Below are positions 13,501 to 27,209 of a stretch of DNA of 64,000 nt, one piece after another; positions within the stretch are counted from its first letter, which is position 1; each line of letters begins with the position of its first letter. The stretch spans positions 41,692,630-41,756,629 of the forward strand of contig NC_081369.1 in the NCBI RefSeq assembly GCF_030684315.1, given 5' to 3'. Source of the stretch: Stegostoma tigrinum. Lineage: Eukaryota. A program made the translations under genes and the position numbers. The notes beneath the pieces were generated by a model, which was given only the letters and a program-made list of their open reading frames with translations, had not been told where the DNA came from and ran no database searches.

Positions 13501-15259
13501 TATTCCAAATAACAATGAAGACAACACTTTGCATTATTAGCCGTCGTATCACAATAAAAGGAAGTGTGTTTACATTAGTTCTTTCAAAAACTGCTAATAT
13601 AATGATGTAATTAATTATAGCAAACTTTTTAAATAGTCATGAATCAGTTGTTATAATGAAGTATCAAAACCTTCTGTAAAGTTAACACTGTTTAAATATT
13701 TGAATGTCTCATTTAAAAAATGAAATTCATGATACTTGGAGCTCTCCTGCAACGTAGTTTTGGTGACTCAAACTGGTTTCCAATTTGTTGATTGCAGAAA
13801 CATATCCCAGAGCAGCCTTACTGATTCACCTACTAGTTCAAATTTGACTCAAAAGATATATTAACTCTATTTCTCTATCCACAATTGCTGCCAGACCTAC
13901 TGAGTATTTTCAGTGCTTTGTTTCTGTCAGATTTCCAGCATCCAAAGTATTTTCCTTATTGCTTTATAAACTTCATCCAAATACGAAACAATTCTTTAAA
14001 AGAAAAACTTAAGCACATTATCACCGAAGCATTTCTTTAAAAATGTGAAGTGAAATCAAACATTAATGAGGCATTTCATATCCATGTTTCTGTCCATACA
14101 AAAAACCTATATTATTTCACAGTCTTCACTTGGCAGTATTAGTGAATATGAGACAAAACTCTGCCTTGGCGATGAAAGAGTGAAAGAGACATGAAAACAA
14201 GAAAAAAAATGGAGAACATCTTGATAAACAAAGGTTGAAGTAAAGTCAACTATTAACTGTATCAAGAGTCAACACAAAAGCATCGCAGGCTCAATTTAGC
14301 TGTCTAGAACAACATTTCTTGCTTATTTGCTAAATAAATTTTGAACACTTAATTTACACATTACATCTTTTCTGATGATTATATACCGTTTTCATTATAT
14401 ACCAAATTACACAGGGTACTGGAATATATGCTGTGCTCGATCAGAACATCTACTGATCTAAAAGTGCAATACACTATCTGTAACTTACCTAAAGAAATCT
14501 ACTGCAAAAATATTCAACATTCCTCATACTTTGCAGAAAACCATGTTCTACTACATTTGAATACCGCAGAAATCACAAAAATATGCAGATTTCATCTATT
14601 ATGGGCAAATTTAAATAGCTGTGCTATTCTTAAACAAAGTGCACTAATTTTAGGATTAAAAAATTGTGGACTTGATCTTTCCTATACCTACTTTTGGATA
14701 AAAGTACTGGAAGTAGTGTCTGCGCAAACATTTCAGTCTGCATTATTCCTACAGTTGTGACGAGACAAGGTTAATATCTGTTGCCCTCAATTAACAATGA
14801 GCAAAACCAGTCTTCATTGATTACAAATACAATAGGCATTTTTTTCCCCCCAAGAAATTGCTGAAGATGAATCTGGATTGGGATAAAGGTTTATGTCAAA
14901 ACAATCTCAGCGGCAAACAGCACCACCCCACCATCCAAAAACAGCTTGTTCCCCGGCCTCAGTAATGCCTTCTAGATTATTCAAAAGCCAGAAATTGCTT
15001 ACTTTTACCAGGCAGATTTGTATGCCAGATTGAGTTATATATCAGAAAAAAATTACATTAAATTTTCTCAACCTTAAAACTAACAGGCATGAGGGCAACT
15101 AGGGTCTAGACCAAATGGCCGTGAATTTTGTTGCTTATAATAGGTGATTTTTGTATAAACCCAGCAAAATCACAAGATTGGTGATGTGCTGTGCACATCC
15201 AAGCTTTTTCAGGTGGGTGAAGCTAAGTAACCTACAGGAGAAGAATAAAAATGAAACAA

Positions 15260-18200
15260 ACCATGACAGAAATGCAACTTTTTATTAAAAAGCATATATA
15301 AAAATCGAGCTTCATTATTACAAGAATGTCAAAAATTACTGTCAAATCATAAGGGCTTCTTGTATTTCTACACTAACGTTTAGCATGTGGAATATCAGCA
15401 CTATTTTAAAAAAAAGGTCATTATCAGGAACATGTAAAGGAAAATTGTGCAAAAAATAAAGAAAGTGGAGGGGTGACCTTAAAGGAAGCAAAAACAAAAC
15501 AGTGGGCTAAGCTAATTTGGTGATCTGTAAGTATTGAAAATGTGGCATCAGTAAACTTGCCATGTGAACTTTCTAAATAAACCACACAACATAAAATATC
15601 AATATTATGGAATAACATAAAAATAAGTTTCAAATGAAAAAACAGTACTAAAACTCTCATTTCCATAAAAGCTGATAACTTGTGCAAAGTTCTGGTTCAA
15701 TTACTGTCTATTAGAGGGGTGCAATAATGTTCCAGATCTTCCATTGAACTACTGGACGTCTTAAGAAGTCAACTGTTTAGCAACAAAGCTTTATTTCAAT
15801 CAAACTACCAAATATTCCAGGTATGGAAGCTCTGTTAATAATCCTTATCTTGTTGCACAAGATGCCTGTCACCCTCACTTTATCCCTAAATACTCATTTA
15901 GTGAAAAACAATTCCATTTAAAGTTCAAAACTAAATAAAATCTTAATAAATTTGCAATGATCCAGTGTGCAAAAACAAGAATGACATTCCAATTTCTTTC
16001 AACACAGTACAAAAGTATTCAGATAAAATCAGCTGAGCAAACTACAATCTTCAATTACTGAACAGGGCATTCCAAAGCTGACCAATACCAGTAAGATGAC
16101 GGATAATGAAAGACAGGCAAGCAATAACAGTGTTGCTTTAGGCTCCCTGACTACATGAACACTAAAATTATTTGTACCCAGATTTCCTATCCATTAGCTT
16201 TTAATTAAAAATTCATGCAATTGGAAGCATGTTAGTTAAGTTTGTTTGTTCCACAAGTCTGACAATTATGTTGGTTTAATCACCAGAAGTTGCAACCTGT
16301 GGATATGGATGAATTAAATATATAGATTTATTCTGACAAAACAGAATAAGTAAGTTGAAAAGCTGGGAGTAGACAAGGAGGACACAAACAGCTTCCTGAT
16401 AGAAGCCTCTTAACTGTGTATTTAAGGATCCATTTTAAAAAAAAGTACCTTCAGTTTTAGCTACCCGATGTCTTTTAAATATAAAATAATCAAATAAAAC
16501 TCAACATTTTGTAATATTAATCTAAAATATTTATAGTTCATCTTATCATTCAATTACATTTGTTAAAAATACTCAGTAAAAAGCAAAATTAATGCTAATT
16601 TGACGTGCGGTAAGAAACAAATGTGATCTGAAGTTATATTACTGCATAGAGAAATTTACAATAATATAAATTGAATAGGATGTTGCTGAACAAAAATAAG
16701 ATTACAGACAGACAGTCATAAATCTTAATATGAATGTGAAGAATTAACAATGCACTTTAAATTCAGGTTTTTTTAAGCCAGTAACATGAATTCATTTTTA
16801 CATATTTAGGCTACCACTGCATGCTCCCATGATAATAGGCAGTAATAGAATCAGAATAGTACATGACAAAATGGTACTCAGTATAAATAGTGAACATCTA
16901 CGTAATTTTTTAAATCTGATTTTCGGTGTGCTAAAATCAAAAAAAAGAATACTTTCTCATTCAGCATTATCTGTTTGTGGTTTCTCATGAAAAGTCATAT
17001 TTAATATACATTTAGCCCTATTACTTCACAGTATGCCCCATAAATATTTGATTTCCTTTGAAAACAAGTATTTAAATCAGTTAAAAACGGTAGTAAAGAT
17101 GCCATTTTGAACTAATTTTGACAGTTTCACACAGCTACCACAAAAACATGTGGTAAAGTTATCATTTGATTGTACTCAGTTAGTACATATAACAAAATAT
17201 TATACCATTTCATAGATATTTGTGTGTATATATACATGTACACATATATATAAAAAATGAACCTTTCCAAAAAATGAAACTTACAATAGATATAAACCAT
17301 ACAAATCTGAATAGAAATTCTGCATTTAAAACAACTGACCCAAAAGCTGGTCAGGCAACTGAAGCTCCCTTCAGAACAAGCCTGTACTACCAAAAACATC
17401 CTCAATGAAGGGAAGTAGCTGCTTATCTTTTGTTTTTGCACGGTTCAAAATATGCACAGTAAGAAAATAGTTTCAATATTTACAGTAAACAGAACAATTT
17501 TATACACATAATACTCTTAAGTTGTACAGTGGACAATTGACTGAAAAATATCACAAATATTAAGGGGAATTACTGGTCACAATATTAGCTGAATAAAGTG
17601 CTGGATATTTCACTAGTGAAGAACATTTGCCAAAATTTTCCCTCAAGAGTTTTATACTCCCAGAAGGAAAAATAGTTACTTCACTTACATTATCCAGCTC
17701 ATCCCAGAAGTGCTAACAAGAGTGCCACAAAAAAGTAAAAACAAAGCTTTTTTGTTGGTAAATATACAGACCTCTCAAGTATTGTCTTACATCCATTTCT
17801 GCTTCACAAAGATATGTTTGTCTTTTTTAAAAAATGTACAATCATATCCACACTCTATTGAGATAATCACTTTAATTATTGGGCATGGATGAACATTTAT
17901 TCAGTCGCACTAGGAACCAGTAATTGTCAATAAATTCTGGTAAAGTTGACAAATAATTAAATTTTACAGAAAATTGTGATTTTTTTTTAGTGAGGGTGGT
18001 TAGATTTAGGCCAAGTGTCCCTAATCAGGTATTTTGTCACTTCAGGAAATTGCTGTAGAAGTACCTTGCACCAAGGAAACCTGACTTGCCACCTGTAACA
18101 TAATACTGACATCATGATGTTAATCTATTTTCAACTGTCCCAAAAATGTAATATTTACATTAAATCTGTATAATACTCAAGTAGCTTTTACAGGTTTATT

Positions 18201-20712
18201 TTAAATTAGGAAAGTATAAAGTTATGGAATATATTCAAATTCTGATACATATTAACATCATAAGCTTAACACTGTCAAAATCCAAATTTAATTTTTGGTT
18301 AGCTGTTACAAGTATATAACAGCAAATAGCTGTTGAGATTAGATTTCAGGGGAAAATGTTCCCAATGATCTAAAAATTGCACTGGCTTCCAGATAATTTA
18401 CAACGCGTAAGTAATAAATCGGGAGATTATACAAGAAACGATTTCACTTTCATCACCACGATTGTTGCACTTAGTTTCAGAATTCCTCTCAGGCACACAA
18501 TTTTTAATCATGTATTTGGCCTCTATCAATGTTCAGTTACTAAAATTGAGAACGAGATCTTGCATATAGTGGGCAACTTATTTATAATTCAATTACAAAT
18601 GAAAGTAACTGAGTAAGATAAGGAACTTCTTCAGTGGCACTAGTTAATACTGGGAATCTCACAGTATCAGAGAAACAAAAACATAAAATTTTCTTCAAAT
18701 AGGCTGAGGGTTTTGCTAGATTTGAGCCCTATCGGAAACAGTACCCCAAGCACACAATCCCCTAAACTGAATAACAATGAGGGCTATTACCCTCCTCTTT
18801 TCAAAAGAAAAATCTCGATAAGGAGAATGGTACTCAGGAAGGTTAAACTAAAAAAACAAGGCACCAATTACTTAGATTAGGGTGGGAGGTTCCAAATAAA
18901 GAAACTGCACCCCTTGAATTACTGAATGGTTACTAGAAATCTCCTGATAGGTTTAATTCCAGTTGCCACCTAGGTGAATACAGATGACATGATGCCCACT
19001 TACTCAATGTCAATCCTGGAGGTCCAAATCAAATCAGTATGAAACATATTTATTTGTTAAGTGGCAATGATACATTCAAGCTCATCATCCAGAAACAAGG
19101 TAGATAGCAATCTCTGCAAGTGAACATGGGCGAAATCGTCCAAGCGCGTATTTCCACAGCAGACAACCCAGCTAGTGGGTCTCTATGAGATTGTTTACAT
19201 TAAAAAAAACAGTGATTGCTCCTATGCTTGCAATCCTGTAAAAGTGAATACAGACTAATCAGTAACTATAGCATAGTGTTGCTTGAAAGTTTTATTAAAC
19301 CATGCCTCCTAATTCTTAAATAACACATCAGGTGGATCGATGACCCTAAAATTCAGATTAACCAGCAAACAAGAGAAGGAATTTGCAGGTCCTTTTTGAA
19401 TGAAGTAACAACGTAGACCTGTTCAACCAAAGTAACTGATTCCTTAATTGCTGCCTGATAGACTATCCTCTGTTAATGAGTGGAAAAGTCATCTATTTGA
19501 TTGCTGTTAAGAAGATAACTTTATGATGCGGATGGAGCAGGCTACAGGCAGTGAGCACAGATATAAAAGGACTCTGGTTTAAAATTAACAGTCTCTGGGT
19601 AGAGACAGAAAAAGTTATTTTCCCTTTATGGGCTAATGAATCATTACATGTACTGTCAATGAAAATAATCAAGAGAGCTGTCACTTAGTTCAAAACAGAA
19701 TTGGAAGTAATAACTACAGCTAAATCTGACATGATGCTTCAGAAACTAGTGTGTATAATATCTCAACACAGAGCCTGCCATGTCACTCACATCAATGATG
19801 CCATTTATTCCATGCAGGTGGACTAAGCTGCTCCAATTTTTGCAATAGTTATATATTCATGGATTTGGTGAGCACTGTTTCCTGATAGGAACATAAGGTA
19901 AGGTCTCTTGTTTCTATGTTTACTACGTAAAACAGAATAGGACGAAGTCAACTGAAGACTCATTCCTGCGCTTACGGCAGGGCAGTAAAAATAAGCTCTG
20001 CAGACCCAATGGAGAAATATAGAGAGATTGCTAACCTTCCCATATCCTGTGTATAAGTTCACTGTCCATTAGGATTATAGATGTTCAAAAATGTCCAGCA
20101 TAGATAAAATACATAAAATAAATAAATGTGTACCCACTTGCTGAATATCTCCCATTATTGCTAGAATGGATCCTAGCCTAGATGAATAGTCTTTTATATC
20201 TCCTAGTCTGTGCTATATTCTGAAGTGGTTTGCCAGAGTGCATTGCCTTTTATTATTCTATGGATTCACATGCTTTGTGGACGGTGCCCATACGCAGATC
20301 ATGCATTTTCTGATGGCGATAACAAACTTTTTAATTTGTTGTTAGCATCCTCAATTTCTTAGCTAACCTACAATTACTGTGGGTTTATTGAGAATCATAA
20401 ATGTATACTACTTAATTCAAATTACACCAAAGCACTTTTAATTGTAGATTTGCACTTTGTAAGATAACAACTTTTGGAGTGAGATGCTAACAAGTAATGG
20501 AGTTATTAAAAATTTGCATTAACGTACTCAAAAGGTTTGGAAATGGAGGACATGAACTGGCTTAAAAGCTGAAATGGATATAAGCAATATCAACGCTTTA
20601 AGTTTCCCTTCATAGAACAATCATGCAGTCTGCGTTCCCTTCATACAGTAGCATTCTAGTTTCAAAGTCCAGTATTTCTTCCTATCTTCTTAAACTGGCA
20701 TTGTACAAAACT
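15260..20712 (-). other. NFAT5: Probable NFAT5 terminal exon (long 3'UTR)
   Basis: Strong acceptor ttatttcttgtcttttag| at 20713-20730. About 5.4 kb of AT-rich sequence with no recognisable CR1 fragments, unlike the flanks, ending at an AATAAA with a GU/U-rich downstream element. Mammalian NFAT5 also has a 3'UTR intron and a very long last exon. The 3' end is inferred. Confidence 0.7.
15281..15286 (-). terminator. Polyadenylation signal (proximal candidate)
   Basis: Minus strand reads tttAATAAAaagttgcatttctgtcatggtttgtttcatttttattctt: canonical hexamer followed by a GU/U-rich tract. Confidence 0.6.
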
Positions 20713-21499
20713 CTAAAAGACAAGAAATAAGTTAATCAATTTGCACAAATCAGTCTTGTTATTCACTTGAAAAATGCTGCACTTCTTGAAATAGCAGAAC
20801 AAGTTAAAATCAATTATGCTGTCTTGTGAATATTTAGTACATTTTATATCAAGTTGCTTTCTCTAACATTTTAACAGTGAACAATATATTCAATAATAAT
20901 TTTTCCCTATCATCACTTTGCAGAATGATTCACACTTATGGAATTACACTATCATAATTTATATCATGATGTTTGGGAATAAAACCTGCACAAACGTGTA
21001 CTAATTAGTACTTCCTTCTCTCAATCATAAAAAAAATTAAAGTCAATACAATGCATAATTTGCATAGTCATGTTTTAGTAAATCAACATGTGATTTTTAA
21101 ATTTTTAATTACTTCAAGTCAAACTGAAAGGCCAGATTGCATTAAGTGCAAATTGAATAGTGTTATGTAGGCAGCTGGTCAGGTGACCTGATGAGACAGA
21201 GCTTATGTCCAGTCTAGAACCGGTTGTGGAGGTATAAGCATCAGTAAGGTGTTCCTGTTCAGATTTACCATTTTTCTACCTAGTTCCAAAGGGTGTACCA
21301 ACATAACAGCTTACTTCTGTCTCTAAAAATGAATACTTTTTTTGAGTTTTCTTTGAATGACAAAGCAGGATTCTGAAGTACCAATTAAAGGCTTACAGGA
21401 TAACAGATACTTGTGAAGTAAATGTATTAATAGACACAAAGACAAATGAATTGGTATTAATGGAAAAACTTGTCACTGTGAACAAAAATGGTTAAGCAG

Positions 21500-23110
21500 T
21501 GTGTGTTAGGCAATAGTAGAAGGGAGGGTGGGCTCATACAGTGCATTCAGAACAACTTCATAGAATCGTACATTCTGGAACATATTAGGGAACAGGCTTT
21601 TTTTGGGCTTGGTAGTGTGCAATAAAACATGATTATTTAAGAATCTCAAAAAGGTAGGATCCTCCAGGCAAGACTAATTGTTTCATCATAGAAACTGAGA
21701 TGTGGGTGTTGGGCTAGTATCTTAAAGTCTAAAGGCAATTCGAGGATATGAAAGCAATGATAAAGTGGATAGGAAAATTTGTTAGAACTGAAAACAATGG
21801 AGAAGCAGTGGTAGACATTTAAGGAGATATTTCATAATTCTCAATAAAGATACATTATAATAGAAAGAAAGAAGGATCACCATCCATGGCTAATTAATAA
21901 TTGCAAAGGTGATATCAACTTGAAAGAAAGGGTGTACACTACCATGACAAATAATGATATTTGATTTGAAGATGTGAAGTTCAGGAATCGGCAAAGCATG
22001 TCTAAAAAAGAAAGAAAAGTACGAGAGGAAACTATATATACGTTATGCAAACAGACAGTAAATTCTTCGACAAGTAAATAAGAAGAGTAGTTATAGTGAG
22101 CATTGGTCACCTAGGGGATGAAACTGGGGAATTACTAATGGGACACAAGAAGAGGCAGAAGCTTTGAACTATTTTGCATTTGTACTCTAGTGATTGGAAC
22201 AAGGGCCAGGTTGATCTCACTGACGGATCTTTGATTGGGGTTGCTAACCTGTACCCATCAAGAGTCATGACTGACAGATAAACGGGAGATTCAGACAGTA
22301 TCCTTGTTCTAGGAACTGGCTCTTAACTGGCTGGTCAGAACCCATGCACTGTCCATATGTAAATAAAAGGTGACTTGGTGATGGGATACTGGCCTTTGTG
22401 CAGTTATTTCATATCCATAGAAGATCTGTGAGAAGCATTCTAAACTGAAGAGATGAAAGGGGTGGAGAAATTAAAACAAATTAATGTCACCAGAGTAAAA
22501 GTGATGGGGAAACTAATAGAACTTAAGGTTGATAAGTTCCCCAAACCTGATAACCTGCCACCACACACCTTAAAAGTAGCTGCAGAGATAGCAAATGCAT
22601 TGTTTATAATCTTCCAAAATTTCCTAAATGGTGGAAAGGTCCCAGCATACTGGAAAACCACAAATGCAACATTGTTCAAGAAAGGAGGTAGATAGAAATG
22701 GGAAACTATAGGTCAGCTATTCTAACATTCATTATCGGCAAAATGTTAGAACCATTATTCATGGGATAAATTTAGAAAATCATGAGAGATGGTTGCCTGG
22801 TTGTGTGAAAGGAAATTTATATTTGACAACTCTAAGTTCTTTGAAGATAAAGGGAAAACTGTAGATGGAATATTTATGGATTTTCAAAAAGCATTCAATA
22901 AGGAGTTACGCAAGTTTCTACTAGAAAAGCTAAGAACCGATGATGTTGGCCGTGATAGATTAGCATGGCTAGAGAAATGGCTAACTAACAGGTAAACATC
23001 AGGATAAGTGAATAATTTTCAGGTTGCCAAACTATAACCAGTAGATTGATCCAAGAATTGTGACCTCAACAATTTATATTCATGACTTGGATGAAAGGTT
23101 AACATAGATA
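21500..23110 (+). mobile_element. Decayed CR1 LINE
   Basis: ORFs 22453 (KVDKFPKPDNL..LKVAAEIANALFIIFQ) and 22789 (MDFQKAFNK). Confidence 0.8.
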
Positions 23111-23380
23111 CATGAAAAACAGGAGTAAGAGTAGGTTATTCAACCTACTTCAAGCCTGCTTCTTCATTCAATATGATCACAGCTGCTCATCAACTCAGTA
23201 CCCTGCTCTCACTTTCTCCCCATACCCTTTGATCCCTTTAGTCTTAAGAACAATATCAAACTCCTTCATAAAAATATTTAATGTTTTGGCTTTGACTGCT
23301 CTCTGTGGCAGAGATATCCACAGGCTCACCACGCTGAAGAAATTTCAGTTCTAAATGGCTTATCCCATAAACTTAGACTG

Positions 23381-23593
23381 AGAGAGATAGTAGGTACTGC
23401 AGATGCTGGAGAATCAGAGATAACAAGGTGTAGAGCTGGATGAACACAGCAGGCCAAGCAGCATCAGAGGAGCAGGAAGGCCGACGTTTCGGGCCTAGAA
23501 GGGTCTAGGCCTGAAACGTCAGCCTTGCTGCTCCTTTGATGCTGCTTGGCCTGCTGTGTTCATCCAGCTCTACACCTTGTTATTTCTTATTTT
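23381..23593. mobile_element. Miniature Penelope-derived fold-back element
   Basis: Two inverted pLTR 3' ends meet at the hammerhead stem II region; TSD cttagactg at 23372-23380 and 23594-23602. Confidence 0.85.
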
Positions 23594-24332
23594 CTTAGAC
23601 TGTGACTTTGGTTCTGGAATCCCCTAACATCCCTTTTGCATTTACTGCCAATGATCCTGTTAGAATTTTCATAGCTTTCTATGAGTATTTCCCTCTGCCC
23701 CTCATTCTTCTAAACTCCAGTGAATATAGTCCTAACCAATCCTCATATCAGTTCTGCCATCACAAGAATCTCTTTGGTAGTCATTTGTCGCAATTCTTCC
23801 ACAGCTAGAACATGGTCTCTCAGATAAAGGAGACTAAAACTGCAAACAATATTTCAGGTTTAGTTTCCACAAAGCTCCATGCAACCGCAACAAAACATTG
23901 CTGCTTCTGTCCTCAAATCCTCTACCCATGAAGGCCTACTTAACAATTCTTGTTCAATGCCTGCTGCACCTGCATACTTACTTTCAACGACTCACATAAA
24001 AGGACACCCAGGTCTCAATGCACCTTCCTGTTTCCCAATCTACCACCATTTAGATAGTAATCTGTTTTCCTGTTTTTGGTACCAAAGTGGATAACCTCAC
24101 ATTTAAGCACATTACAATTTATCAGCCATGCATTTACAAACTCACTCAACTTGTCCAAACATCCTCCCCGCAAAGTTAATCTTCCCACAATCTGCAAATT
24201 TGGAGCTGTTACATTTACTTTCTTTATCTGAATCATTAATGTATATCATCAATGTCTGGGGTCTGAGCACTGATCCCAGCTGTACCCCTCCAGTTATTCG
24301 CTACCACTCAGGAAAATAAAACCTGTTTATTA

Positions 24333-24705
24333 GGTCTACAAAATCATGAGGGGTGTAGACAGGGTGGACAGCAAGAAGCTATTTCCCCCCCAGAGTGGGG
24401 GACTCAATTGCTGGGGGTCATGAGTTCAAAGTGAGAGGAGGAAAGTTTAAGGGAGATATGCCTGGAAAGTTCTTTACACAGAGGGTGGTGGTTGCCTGGA
24501 ACGCGTGCCAGCGGAGGTGGTAGACGCAGACACATTAGCATCTATCAAGATATATTTGGACAGGTACATGGATGGGCAGGGAGCAAATGGACACAGACCC
24601 TTAGAAAATAGATGACAGGTTAGACAGAGGATCTCGATCGGTGCAGGCTTGGACGGCCGAAGGGCCTGTTCCTGTGCTGTAATTTTCTTTGTTCTTTGTT
24701 CTATT
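24333..24705 (+). mobile_element. Younger CR1 3' fragment nested in the minus-strand CR1
   Basis: VYKIMRG..FFTQRVV..WN-like coding end, CR1 3'UTR and a (ttctttg)n tail. Confidence 0.85.
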
Positions 24706-27209
24706 TCTATAAAGCAGAAATTGTTGGAAAAACAAAATTGCTGGGTATTCCTACTCTTCGTTTCTTATCTGCCAGCCATTTCTCTATCCATGTCAGCACA
24801 CTACCACCAATACCATGTGCTTTAATTTTACATTCTAATCTCTTGTGTGGGACTTTATGGGAAGTCTTCTGAAAGTCTACGTAAACCATATCCATTGTCA
24901 ACGCTACTAACTGCATCCTCAAAAATTTCAGTTAGTCTGTAATACATGATTTTTCTTTCATAAATGAGGACTCTGAGCAATCCTCTCACTGTTTTCCACG
25001 TTCTCTGCTAGCAAATGTGTTATAATGGGCTGTAACACTTCTTCTGCAAATCAATGTCAGGCTAATTGGTCTCTTCTTATTTTGAGCAGTAGAGATACAT
25101 TAGCTAACTTCCAATCCATAGGAATTGTTCCAGAGTCGATAGACTCTAGAAAGATGACCACCAAAGCAGCCAAATTTCTAAGGCCACTTTCCTAGGTACT
25201 CACAGATGTAGATTAACAGGGTTAACCGGCCTTTAATCCCATCAATTTCCCTACTAATACTAATTTCCTTCCGTTCCTCCCTCTCGCTGGATCCTGTGTT
25301 CCCTAACACTTTTGGGACATTATTTGTGCCCTCCCTTGTGAAAACTGAATAAATGTATTCAATTAGTATGCCATCTCTTCGTTGCCCATTATAACGTACT
25401 CTGTTTCTAACTGTAAAAGACCTAGATTTGACTTCACTGATCTATTTCTCTTCACACACCTATAGAAACTTTTACAACAGTTTGCATCTTCCCCCATTTA
25501 ATCAATCCCTTCGACCTCTTTTGCTGCAATCTACTACTCCCAATCCTCAGGTCTGCCTATTTCTTTTGGCCAATTTATATGCTACTTCCTTGGATCTATG
25601 CTACCCTAATTTCCCTTGTTAGCCATGGCTGTGCTAACTCTCCAGTTTTAATCTTTGTGCCAGACAGTAATGAAGAATTGTTGTCGGTCCTCCTTGTACT
25701 CTTTTTAAATTATTGGCTTTGTCCAAGATCCCTTTAAGTAATGTTCTCCAATTTACTATAGCCAATTGCACCTTGTACCATCACAGTATCCTTTATTGAG
25801 ATTCAGTGCATAATCTCTGAATCAAAGATGTCACTCTCCATTGTAATGAACAGTCTATCATATTATGGGCATTCTTCCTCAAGGGGCCTCACACAGCTAG
25901 GTTGGTAATTATTCCTTTCTCATTATACAATACCCAGTCTAGGGTGGCCTGTATTGATTCCTCGATGTACTGATCCATCAAACCATCTTGAACACATGCG
26001 ACGAATTTCTCCTCTACACTATTGTTATTGATTTGATTTGCTCAATCTATATTCAGATTAAAGTCTCCCTTAATTATAGCTGTACCTTTTTATTGCTAAT
26101 TTCATGTATAATTTCTTCCCTAATACCATTACAGTTTGATGGTCTATATACAACTTCCACTATCATTTTCTGCCCTGAGTGTTTTTAAGCTCTTCTCATA
26201 CAGATTCAGAGCTAATATCTTTCTTCAATATTGTGTTAACTTCCTCTTTAACCAGCAATGGTACCCAACGTTTTCATTTTTGTCTATACCTCCTAAGAAC
26301 TGAACATTTCTGGATATTCAGTTAATATCCCTAATTACCCTGTAGCCACATTTCAGTAATCCCAACTACATAATTCGTTTTACAGCTATTTGCACAACTA
26401 AGTCATCTACTTTATTGTGAAAGCTCCATACATTAAGACACAGGACTTAGTCCTTGTGTTTTGCACTTTTAGACCTGTTACATTATTTTGCACTATGGCT
26501 CTGTTTGATTCTTACCCTTGGAATCTCTGCCCATCACCTTTCTTATTTCACATTCTGTTTCTGATTTAACTCCGGTTTTCCTCTCTTCTGGCTCCATATG
26601 TAGTTCCCAAACCCCTGTCTTTTTAGTTTGAACTCTTCCCAAATGCACATGCAAATAGTCCCCCCCGACATCAGTTTCAATCCTTAACTGGGTGCAACCG
26701 ATCCAGCTCGTACCTGAACCCCCGAAGAAATGTTCCCAAAATCCCAGGAACATGAAATCCTTCTCCTTGTACCATTTCTCCAGCCACACATTCCTCTAAT
26801 ATATTCTGCTATTCCTACTTTGGCTAGCATATGGCATTGGAAACAGTCACAAGATCACTATCTTCGACATCTAACTTTCTAAACTTACTTCCTAACTCCC
26901 TTTATCCAGCTTTTAAAATCTCATCTCATTGATGATGTGTACCATGACTATAATGTAATAAAAGTTGCTCATGATATAAAGATAGGGTTGAAGGTCAGTG
27001 AGCATAGTTAGTTAGACGTTTGGTTTGTAATCCAGAGTGATGCCAACATGTCAGTTCAATTCCTTGTATTGGCTGAAGTTACCATGATGAATTCTCCTTC
27101 TCAACCTTTCCTTTCTCCTGAGGTGTGGTGATCCTCAGGTTAAATCAGTCATCTCTCTATAATGAGAGAGCAGCCCTACAGTCCAGTAGGATTATGACGA
27201 CCTTACCCC

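Larger units (their letters stand above)
23110..26880 (-). mobile_element. Decayed CR1 LINE with nested insertions
   Basis: Minus-strand ORFs YVDFQKTSHKVPHKRL and KCEVIHFGTKNRKTDYYLNG; ORF1-like WLEKWYKEKDFMFLGFW at ~26790. Confidence 0.8.

Noticed and set aside
22181-22411. Second solo LTR (AATAAA, ends ..ttatttCA) inside a CR1
   Set aside because: It looks LTR-like, but I could not find a matching TSD or define the 5' end.
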